Source of the DNA: Botryllus schlosseri
Lineage: Eukaryota
Assembly (NCBI GenBank): GCA_051294905.1
Contig: CM119372.1
Coordinates: 14,014,001-14,078,000, forward strand
Direction of reading: 5' to 3'
Length of the DNA: 64,000 nucleotides
A program made the position numbers and the translations under genes. Position 1 is the first letter of the stretch, and every line of letters begins with the position of its first letter. A model generated the notes under the pieces. The model made no database searches, was not told the origin of the DNA, and saw nothing but the letters and a program-made list of their open reading frames with translations. Of the stretch, positions 51,101 through 63,100 are shown in pieces.

Positions 51101-54100
51101 TGCGACTGTGCGTGTCAGAGCGAAACAAATTCCTCAGTACTGGCTTTCTCACTTATTCTTTTTGATAAATCTTCGAGATAATTCAAGTATGGATTATCAT
51201 TTCAAGATGCTGACATAGTTCGCTCCTCTGATCCACATCATGACGAAATGGTCGGTCAAGAAACTGTCAAAGAGAGACTGGCTAGGTGAGATTTATTACC
51301 GGTATCATTTGTGCCTTCTGTGTATTGGAGTGGGTTTTGAGAAATGCATGGAAACTTGTGATTTCAATATGATCTAAATTTGGTGAACATTTGATTTGGG
51401 TGAAATATCGATTGTGATTTGAATAATTTGACCTTTTCGGTAGTTAACTGACCAGTTGCTTGATGTGATCTTTGAATTCTTGTTTAGTTGTCATAATTTG
51501 CATTCCTGATTGTATTTAAATCTACTTTTTTGTCGTTGTAGAGGTAATTTGCTGACATGACTCGGCCATGATATTTTGAACGCGATGTAATTATGGTCTT
51601 ATGCTAATCTTATGCAAGTTAGTATTCTGAATCTTCAGCATCAAATTTGAAGATCAAAGTCTATGACATATGCATGCCAATGAATTGTATGTACTGTACG
51701 GTCTTCTTTTTCTTTGAATTGTACGGCAATAAGTTAGTGTCACTGATACTTCTGATTGCAGCATTCTGTATTACCAGTATTACAAGCCAAATGGCATTGT
51801 CACTTGGCACCGTACCAATCTTCTATTTAACTTACTGCATTTACAATTTTCTGTGGATGGCATGATGACGCATTCAGCCAATGCTAAATTTCTTCTTCTT
51901 CCTTCGTTGTGGGTTGCGAGCAAGATCTATCCCAAAAGTTTTGTTACTGAATGTGTGCCGTGGCTATGATCTCTCATCGTTGTCTTGAGGGGCTCACAGT
52001 TTTTTGAAATAATGTCTCTCTGTTGCTAAAGATGTGTTACCATAACTCCTTGTGAATCAAGTCTCATAACACAAGTCGTTTTTATATGTTGTACTTGTAT
52101 CTTCAATATTTTGCCGCTGATGCTGGTAATTTTGTATGTGATTTGCATGCAAGCGAATATTGATCGTAATCATTGCATGCACCCACTCAATAACAACCTT
52201 TTGTTTTTCATGGTCTGGTATTACAACCAGTCTCAATTCCAGATATAAGGCCATGACTGGAGTATCAGTCGCGCGGAAAAAAAGGAGATCTCCGAAGGTA
52301 AGCAGCCGGCCCGGTCATTACTAAGAAATGATCACCATGATCACCGCTTGAAAAGTGGATGACATTCCAGTAATTCTGTTCCGCCAGTAGGAATAAAGGC
52401 GGATGAGGTCATACTCAGTGTCTAACTGTAAATCCATGTGTCTTTGTTATGGTAATCTTCCCGCCTGATGCTTATCTGTGATAGATAGGCTTGGGGTCAT
52501 CTTATGTGATTAGGAAGCACAGACGGCATGGAACTCATCATATCAAGGACTTGCATGACAAGGCTGTTAGTTCACAATATTGATAGCGTGTTGGTAGAGC
52601 AGTGGCTTCGCAGTCGGAAGATTGTGGGTTTTAGCCACAGCCGGATCAGACAAAATACTGTCATCCACGTCTTCCCATATTCGCCAGTGACACATTGGGA
52701 TAGCTTGGAGAGGAAAGTCGTTGAGATCCCTTTGCATCCCCATAGTCCCAGTACTTCGATGGGCGGAGGAAAATAAGCACTCTTCATTCCTCACGATAGC
52801 AGATAGCGGGCAGGGAGTCACAAAAAACAATTGCTGTCTTGAAAAAATTTCACTGAACCCCTTGCTATACTTGCGCCAAGGATGGATATTGTTATTGAGG
52901 TTTCAATTGATCACACCACTTTTCTGCAGCTATGCTGTGAGTTTGTAGGATATAGCTTTGAGAATTTGCATGATGTCACACCTGCGATGATAATGTACTG
53001 TAATTGAAACAGGTCTAGTATGTGGGCCTGAGAGGCATATATGTATAATTGTCCACTCAATTGCCCAGTTTAGACAGTGTGCTAAGGCCCGTGCTGTGCC
53101 TTGGTGCTGATCGGTGTTTAGATGACTCGGATGATTTGACTTGACTCGAGTCATTGCCGTAAAATAACTTGACATATGAGAAGTGTTCAAAGACTTGGAG
53201 ACCAAGTTTTCAAGTCGATCTCTAGTCTGCAAATATTCTACTCAGTATAGCATTATGAACCTCTCAGCTGCAGTAGAAATGACCACATCATCATTACTAA
53301 TCTTTTATAGACTGGACTCTATTTCCACGTTTTCGATATGGTTGCAATTAGATCAGCGGTGATGTCACAGAAGAACAGCTTGAGCATGCTCATAACGCTG
53401 TCGTAATGGTTTAGGCTGGCATTATAATATCGTTACAGTCAGCATCCATATATTTATTCAATAAATATCGTTTGTGTGAAACTATCTAAGCGCACATGTC
53501 GCACATATTTGAATTTTGAATACGTCATGGGCTATATGCGGGATTGCAAATAAGTAGGATTTACAAGCACCAATAGTGGGCGATAGTTTTGAAAGAACGA
53601 AGTACTTAGGTCTTAGATCATTGTTTCGGAAGCTGTCGTTGAATATCGATTCACGTGGAGGGTCTGCATGAATTTCGGACACTGGAGCTGGTCGTGCCCC
53701 AAATGCACAAATATTTAATATTCAGTTGGATCGTTGTTGATTAAATTGTTGTTTAACTAAGAACTAGCATTGGTCATTTTTAGGCCATTTAACAAAATTC
53801 GGGGCTAAGAAGTTTCTCATGCCGCTCTTACACATTCAACAAATCTTCACAAATATGAGCGCTACTATCCTACAGGCTTCATGCAGCAATTCAGCCAATA
53901 GCCATAGCTTACATTGCATTATACTTCCACAATATTTAGAATGTGCCCAGCATTCACAGTAACTTAACATGAATAACCGTGACTCATGTTGTCTTAGTTT
54001 CAAATTGGCATGGCACGAAGTTTGTCGGGTTAGGCAAGGCATAGCTCATAAGCGTCTCCTGCATATTGCCATCCACACATTATATAAAAAAAAAAACTCA

Positions 54101-57100
54101 AAATATTTGGTACCTTGATGTTGACTTGAGTCACTTTAGAAATTATTCGAAGGTAGTGGCTCGATCCCAACACTGGCGCTAGACCTACCCGCTCCTTAGA
54201 ATGGACCCCAAGGGCCTGTGCAGTATGACAACAATCTTGTTTGAATTCCGTTTCGACACTGAGGGACAGGAAGGGGTAGATACGACTTGAGTATATATAT
54301 ATATATATATCATGTTCTCACGTTGGCCTTTAATAGCGACAACGCATCTGCATAGTCTCAGATGAAGCCGTTGCACTGAGCAGTGAACACTGAAGTACAA
54401 ACAAAAATTTCAATTACGTTCGCTGCTAGATGTCGCTGTTACACCGACTCTTCGTCAGATTCAGAGCTGTTGCCGAAACGAAATGTTTTTTCACGCGGTA
54501 TAGTCCAAGACCACGTTTAGATTTTGATACTTAATCACAGTCACCAAATGTTCGACTACTCATGGACATGACTAAGAGTTTCGACCTACCATGCAGTAAT
54601 ATCGCCAAGCAGCAAAATGAAGCGGTAACTTGGAATATTGCATGCCTGTGGGTAATGCAAAAAATATGCCAATAATTAACTAGTCACGAAGTACCGGTAT
54701 ATCGAAACATGTTATCGCTTGGACGATTCAGTAAGTGCAGCCGCTTCATTATGCTGCTTGACGATATCACTGCATGGCAACTCGAAGCTCTTCATGTCCA
54801 GGAGTCGTCTGACATTTGGTGATTGTGATGAAGTATCATATGTGAGAGGGGCTAGGATTCTGCCCCTCGAAAAATACATGCCTCCGTGGTTCCCAGCCTT
54901 GCACGCTCCGTGGTCCCGCGAAATAGGGTCAATGGCCATTTGACATATTTTTTCAAACATATACAACTTAATTTTCATTAGATTAATGTGGTACATCACG
55001 TTATTCACGTCACATATTATGTGAACTTTTCCTTGTTATCACACAGTAATATGATTAAAATCTGCTGCAATTAAGATGGAAGAGATACCCATGCAGTCTG
55101 AATGTGAATTTACTCAGGTTGCTTAGCGCGAAAAATTCCTTTTTTCCGAACTAAATGGTGATTATTTGTGGTAAGCAATCTTTAAGATGCTACAATACAT
55201 GACTCCTTGAACATCATCTAACTGCGATGCGAACGATAAGATTATCATATGCACATTTTACATATGCATAACATTATCACCAAGTCATTACATCGCCATT
55301 TGGAAAATATGTGGCACAGAATGCTTGCGGGTGAATGGAGCTTTGAAGGTACATACATAGATCGTTACAGTCTCATAATAGTGCAATTTCCACTTAGTTT
55401 CTGCCTATCATTGGCGGTGCTCCATCGGTCCACGGTGATCTACGGGTACATTTTGCTGACTCAATGCTTCACCATATTACTTAATTCTTGGCGAGCGTAT
55501 AATTGAGTTCTACCAGTGTCCTTGCTGTTACTCGACTTTACATTGAGTTACAATGGCAATAAATCGAATTTGTCCAGCGCGATTGCGCTAATTCTGGCTA
55601 AAATGTCGTTATGACAATGAATAAGAACTTCTACTCAGATGCAGCCAATGTTTCGAAATATAACTGCGGCCAACTGAAAACCTCTATCTCCACTTTTCAG
55701 CGCGGCGTACACACTGGTTTGTGTGATCGGTATTCCACCCTACATTAGTACGGAGCGGATCTACAGACATTCTTTCTGGTCCTACGCCGATCCTGTCTTT
55801 CAAAGCTCTGGTCCGACTCCTTGGCCGGATTCTTGAAATTACCGTGATACGTAGTCCGGTCCGAAAAACGCCGATAATAATTATCTACTCAACAGGATGG
55901 TATTGAATATTGATTGAAACAATGCAATTAGGAAATTGAAAACTCGAAGATCAAATCCAACCCTTATCTGAAGTAATAATGCCAATTTGTTGGACTTAGC
56001 ATGTGGTTTGTATTTCCATGAACGTTTCACTTTACGTATTGATTAGAGGGTAAGGCTGTCCTATTCTTAGTTAAAAGTACTGATCCGACTCTGGTCGTAT
56101 CAGAAGAAGTACTGATGCGACTCCGGCCGGTTATCCAATCCGGCTCCGGTCCATGCTCCGCCCTACCCTACACGCGTAGCGTTGTGTAAACCACACAATC
56201 GCACATTCCGGCGAACAGTCGTTCGCTATGCAGATTAAACAGCTCTGGTCATAAACGCTTCAACATTTTTACATTCAGTGAAACGGCTCGTAATTTGTCA
56301 TTGTTAGAGTCGCTTGTCTTTTTACGATCTCGCCTGATTGTACCTGAGTCGTTTCTACTTCGCTGTGCGTGGTTCAGTATTTTTTTTTCTATGTGGTGGC
56401 GCAGAATGCCTAAATAGTAAATACATAGCGTCACTGTGCGAAAGGCTGGCATTCAATTTGCCGACGGGCGACAATCAAGAGCTCTCATGTCGACGAAACA
56501 GCGCTCAGACTCCCAGCGGGTTCACGCAAACACGTAATTAAATCACCTGTCAGATTTTACTAGCGATTCGAATCATGCGCGGCCCATTTCCGGCGTCGCG
56601 CGCTGCCTAATATGGACCGTGAATACGTAATTGCACGCTCGGACGAGCAAGGCCGAAATATAGCCTTGAAGTTGCTGTTCTACTTGGCGACAACACTTAC
56701 AAGGAGAGGCATATTTTATTCGATTCGAAGTGGAATGCTTTTTGATTTGTTGAACCTTTCGCGTGTTCTGACTTCAGAGCGGTTCAAACCCGCCCGATAG
56801 GATTTTTTATTGCTCCGGTTCTGGGTTGCTTTGTTTGCTGCTTCTCGCGTTGTTACGTTTTATGAATCGGCGTCGCCGTTTGTTGAAACATCTCATAACA
56901 CGCTACAGAACGTGATATTACGTAGATTTAACTAGCTTGTTCCGTACTACAGCATTAATCCCACATAATTTACTGTCCACTGCTACGTACACTTAGCTAA
57001 AGAAGTAGACCCATTTCCATCGACCATCGTTAAGCAAACAATCGATGGCTTGTTGTATCTGGCTGTGCTATATTTTATTTTTCCAACGCGACTCCTACCG

Positions 57101-60100
57101 AATTCCTTTAATGTCGCATCATTTGTATTCGGTATGACTATATTATTGACTACCAGTCGACCGTTTACGTTAGTGTGCGCGAGTGCTAGATTGGGAGGAA
57201 GGCCGTGCTTGTAGTAAATCTGTCGGCACTTGGTAGCACTCGATTGGCGTTTTCGACTTCGTTTTCGCACTTGTATTTCTCTCGCGTCTGGATAACGGGC
57301 GACAAGTGCGTTTCGGTTATGATGTTTTCCGATTGCTTCCTCGATAACTGTTACGTCACTCGGCGCACAATCTTCGTGACGACGCTTAATTTTTCTGAAC
57401 ACCGTAGCGTATCAGGCTATTAGACATTTGGCGAGCCCGGTTGATTGGCGAAATAGGCGCGCCGACTCCTTTTTTAGGCAGGTTCAAGGCCGACGGCGGT
57501 GGTAATTGTCGGATTTGTTTGGTCGCGTGCGATTGCTACGGAATTTACGCGTGCGCGCTGGATGCGTTGTCAGTTTTTTTTCGTATTAGATTACAGGCGA
57601 GTGTTTTGGCGGCCAGAATGCGCTGTTGACTTCGGATCATCATTGATATATCTACTTGGTTCTTGTTTCCGAACCGTCCCTCGAATGGCAAGGACGGTTA
57701 GGATTGTTTTGTTCTCTTTTGGCAGTGTCCTTATTGATATGGCAGTCTGTTTGCTAGTTCCATGTTACGCTTAACACCTGTGTGGTAGCATAATGCGATT
57801 TGCACCGTCATGTCTGTACGCGATATCCACCGCGTAGGACGTTATGATCGATATCCCCCGCTAAGAATGTAGCGGTATATCTGCCGTGATGTGGTAAGCC
57901 GGCAGCTCGGTAACTCAGACCTGAGGGACAGGCGTAGCGGTAGTACGAAAGTCGATGTTTTGTTAAAATGCGGTGTGTTTCGGAGTTTTTGCGCGGCGTC
58001 TGGCAGCCATTTGAATTGATTGTTTTACGGCCCGTACCGGTATTAAGTGTCTGTTGGTGATTCTGAAATATTCAGTGCTCGAGTATAAATTTTTTAGAAC
58101 ACGCCGTGTTGTTTGTCTTATATGGTATCAAGGCTTGGATCGATAGACAATTGTGATGGCAGTGATCTGACGTCACGTCTCTTCGAATCGCCTTCGGGAA
58201 TACTGAATAGCGTTCGAGGCAGCACGATCGCAGGCGAATTACGTGTTTATCAAGTAGCATAGCCTAGTTTTCACGCTTCCGGTCGTTGCGCTCTGCGCTA
58301 GTATCGTATTCCGGCGAGGTCTACCTAACATGGTTTTGTCCATCGGCACTGCTTTGTCCGCCCGATCGTTCATGTGCTTCGTGGCTGTACTTGATCTCTG
58401 TTCCTCATCGCATTCTTGCCTTGTTCTTCAAGCTGATTACTACCGCGCTACTCCAGTCACAGTAATTTTAATGCATCCCATGCTCGAAAACGACCGTCAC
58501 TGTATAAATCAGTGGTTCTCAAACTTTTTTAGACACGCCCCTATTTATGATAGTGAAAAATTTCGCGCCCCCTTATCGTCATATCACAAAATGCAACCAG
58601 AATTCTTGCAATCCTAACGGATAGTTTGATGGCGTGGAAGGTTATGACTGTTGATCAGAGAATTCTCATATATGAAATTCGGACTATGCGCATTACAGTA
58701 AGCTGGAATTGGAGGTAAATCGCGCGGTGCGCGAAAAATACTTTCAGTTGATCGCAGCTTCACGCCCCCCTCGAGACGCTTTCACGTCCCCCCCCCCCAG
58801 TTTGAGAACCACTGGTCTATATCATCATAAAGCGTAGCCAGCGGCGATTATTTCGACATTGTGGCAGTGTGGTAACGTTATTTTGATACCGTGCAGTGCT
58901 TATTGAATTTTTCGAGATCACCCAAACACGTGAATGAGAATTAGTTCTTGGTGGCGTTGCAATGTATATTTCCTAAAAAGCCGCTGTTCGACCGGCAATT
59001 TCGTAAATACGCCGTAAGCATTAATTAGGTTTAATCGCGTCCTAAGCTGTTCTGTTGGATTTATGTAAACTGAATAACAAGGGTCATTTCTGAAGCATAA
59101 TACGCCGTATGAAATGTCTACCCGCAACTGCATGTCGTATCCGATAACCCGAGGACAGTGATTCGTTCATTCCAATCAACGTTTCTAGAGGCTTCTGGCA
59201 CCTCAGCGTGAAATAGTACCTATCTCTGCAGGAATTTCATTTGTGAATTGAAAACACACACTTGTTCATCCTCCGGGGATAGTGTAGTATGTCTGGGCGA
59301 TTTATACCCTATATCCATCATTCGTAGCCATAGGATACGAAAATGAACCATAACCGACATTTCACAAAATAGGGACTGAGACAGCTTCAGTAGGATTTCG
59401 GACAGCAGTAGGATTTCGGACAGCATCAGGAAAATTTTTGATTGCTGCGAGTATCTGGTTTATAGCAAAGTGAAGACTTGTAAACAAGACAAGGATATCC
59501 CTTGATCAATAGATGGATATTCCTATCAGAAAGAGTATCGCGTATACAACCAATCGATATAGGTAATAATGCTTCACCAGCGCTTGGTTTAGACCGTATT
59601 TGTGATTTTTATTCAAGTATGTACGGTACATAAAATAGCAATAATCTCATAAAAGCAAATCTTTTGGTTTGATTCGTCCCCATCATCGGGTCATCTCATC
59701 GCTGCCGTTGCCGAAGTCGAATTGGTAGTCGAGATCGTAGTTGAAGCCGTTGGTAGATGGCGCTCGTATGCGCGTATCGTTCGTCTTAGCTTTGAAGTCT
59801 TTATTTTAATCGTTTCTGATGGTTGGTGGATGGTTAGGGTGTATGTGTGTGTGTGTGTCGGGTGTTCGGGGTGGGTTGTTGTTGGTGAGGGTGGTGGTGG
59901 TATGGGTTTGGGAAAGGTTGTGAGGATGGGATGGGAGGTTGGGGCGTTTGGAATAGGTTGTGGGTTGGGTGGTCCCGCTTAGATTTTGCGGTAGATTTTA
60001 CTACGTATATCGTTGATGCGTTGGTCAATGTTGTGGGCGTATTCGTTTAGGATGTCGAGTGCATTTTTCCATTCCCACACTAGGGCTTTGACGTTCATAA

Positions 60101-63100
60101 AAGCTTTTATTATCGTCGGAGCTTGCGGTCCGTCGTATACGTTGCGTATGATTTCGTCTGATGTAGCAGTCGATAGCCGTTTGCAGGTCGTTCTCAAGAT
60201 CCTGTATGACGAGAGAGAAAAGTTTTTTGTAAGTTGCACATTCCGCGAAGGTATGGTGCAGGGTATCTTCTTCGTGTTGGCAGAATTTGCATTTGTTTTG
60301 AAGTAGGCGTCTTTTCTTCGTATCTCTTTCTTGTCTTATGCCCCTGGTACAATTTATATTGGCTGCATCGAAGCCGTTAACTTCAAGGATCGCAATAGGA
60401 TTATCGTATATGGCTTTGATCACGTTAAGCGTTTCCCTCGTGACGGGCAATTTATTGAGGACTTTGAAAAGCATTTGGTGGTCGACCTTATCAAAGGCTT
60501 TCCGTACATCTACCTACAGTCATTATGTAACCTTCCGAGGGTTTTTCTTGGTGATAATTAGCAATTGCACTTACATTGTTATGAACCGCGTCCCTCTGTC
60601 TCCTCGGGAGTCCCGCTTTTTGTGTCTTGTTGATGTTGCTCGAAATTTCCTCAACCAGTCTGTTGTTGAGAATTTTTACCATTACTTTGTGGTCCGTGTT
60701 TAGCAGCGAAATGGGCCGCCAATCCGCCAAATTCTTTTTGTCTTTTCCTTTGTTAATCAAGATAATTTTAGCACATTTCCAACTACGCGGTATGTTCCCG
60801 AATAGTATCGCGTTGTTAATAAGTTCCGTTTAATCTCCTACCAATGCTTTGCCGCATAGTGAGATAGAATTCCACTGTTAGGCCATCTGAGCCCGGTGAC
60901 CTTTCCTTGTTCATTGCTTTTAGTATGTGTAACACTTCGCTAGCTGTTATTGGCAATGCATGTTCATCGTCTTTCTGCTTTATGACGTCATGCTGATACG
61001 ATGATAGGTAATCATCTTGATCGGTCGGATTAATGACATCGCATCGAGTCAATATTTCAACTCGATAGGCGGTGTTAGAAAGCATGGTATCACGCGCAAA
61101 TATCCGAATACCCGAAGGGATGGATAAATGTACAATGTACGAGACAATTTTAACGAAACAACGGGACAAAACCCAGTTTTTATACAATCTCGAGGAGTGT
61201 TAATCAAGCTATTCAGCACGATGGGGTGTAGAATACAGGAGTGACTCAGGAATCAGCGCTGACCTCCGGTGAACCAAGAAATGCGATGTTTCACATCCGA
61301 TTTAACGAGTAACAGATTGTCGGGTGTGGGATTCAATCGCAAAAAAAATGAAACGGCGTAGTCCTCCAATATCTAGATTGGAACGATTCCCCCGGGATGT
61401 TGGATTAATGTTCGGGGTTTAATGTGCTTTACTTTCAAATGAATGTTTCCAAAGGCTCCCATTCGTGCCTGAAATTGCTTCGAAATGCTGAAATGCGCTT
61501 CGAGCTCATTGCGCTTTGCGGATACGAGTCGAAATGTCATGAGAGTGACGTCATAATCGAATCGCACGTTTATGGCGTTCGCGCAATGTTTGTCATGGAT
61601 TTGCTCTAGGTTAGACAGTGGAATGTTTTACATCCGTATCGTGATGAGTATTCCAGTCTGGTTACACCGCCCGTAGTTGCAGGGTGTGTGCGACTGTGCA
61701 TAGTTACGTCTTCGCTTGACAGATGTGTGATAGCGGTTACAGGCTGTTCGCGTGTATAATCTAAGTGCTGCGTTGCGAAATGAGGTTGTTACTCTGTTTG
61801 AAAGGTTACAAGCTCTAAGACGAACGATCGTGTAGAACGCTGTTACTTTATAATTCAAATCTGCGTGTATCTTGCTTTCGCTATTGTGATTGTGCGGGAT
61901 AATCGCATCCCTGTATAATCGAGTCCTGCAATCTTTTCCTACATTGATTGGTGGAGTTTTTGTTCTTATTGGGGTCGCGCTTCGTATCAAGGCGATAAGT
62001 GGCGATTGTGCCTAAAACATTGCGGCGTGGAAGCATATTCTATTGTCGGTATCCATTGCGTATATAAACGCACAGGTGAACGAGGTGAGGATCGATAATC
62101 AGGTTTGCGTCTGTTCAATAATTCACGCAGCGGAAACATTGCACTCCTGGTATGTGGATTGGTGATGCGCACGTTGATTGCACTAATTTCTGCCGACCCA
62201 CGGTATTAGGAAGTAATAAGCACGAATTCTATGCGGGTAACGGTCGTTTTTCATGGTTGTGACATTTGTCTGTGTCAGTGTGGATTTGAATCAGGCAAAG
62301 TTGGCGTTGGTCTAGTGATGTTCATTCCGATACCAGGATGTGTTTAGTGCTTACTGCACAGTCATTATTGTAGTAGAGTGTAAACAACACATGAGCTACA
62401 ACTGGATTAGGCACTGTTTTTGTGCAATGATAAGTTATCTCCAAGTAGCGTTCAACAACGTCTTCATTGATGACTTGCCGCCAAGAGAAATTTATAGTTC
62501 CGTTTTTACTAACTTTGAGTAGAGTTCAGCTCGCCCAGGCAGCCCTTGTAGCTAACTTCGTCTATTCTTTTACATTATTAAGTTCAATGGCAAACAGCCT
62601 CTGACCATTATATCAACTTGCCCTTCTCATGAATAAGTCAAGGATCCCTGTCTAATGGAACCACTGCATATATGAATATCAATAACTCTAACTTCCTCAA
62701 ATGGAAACATTAGTACTCTCTGGTAAAGTTTGCACAAGCAATCACTGTTACTGCATCCCTTTGAAAATTAAATTAGAAGCTGTTATGCTGATAAGATTGC
62801 TTCAAAGCATCGCATCCTGTGGTTTGTATCAAATATTTATTGAGATAAATTGATAATATCAATCACCATTGTGGGATTGTGCGCATGTTGTATTTCGGAG
62901 TCAAGTACCAGCTATCTGTGTTGATTTTGTTCTTGATCAATTGAATCTAAGTAGGACTCGTATGCTTGCCTCGCAAAGATTAGGAACTTGGAACACCCAA
63001 CTGTATTCATGAGCATGATTAGACAGTAGGTTCATAGATGCGTTATGTTACTTAGGAATTATAGCTTATACAGGGATTTTCTGTTTGGTAACGTTCTAGC

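Noticed and set aside
59820..59980. GT-rich strand-biased tract / His-Pro-Gln ORF
   Set aside because: Low-complexity 3' region of the L1/Tx1 remnant, not a credible gene.
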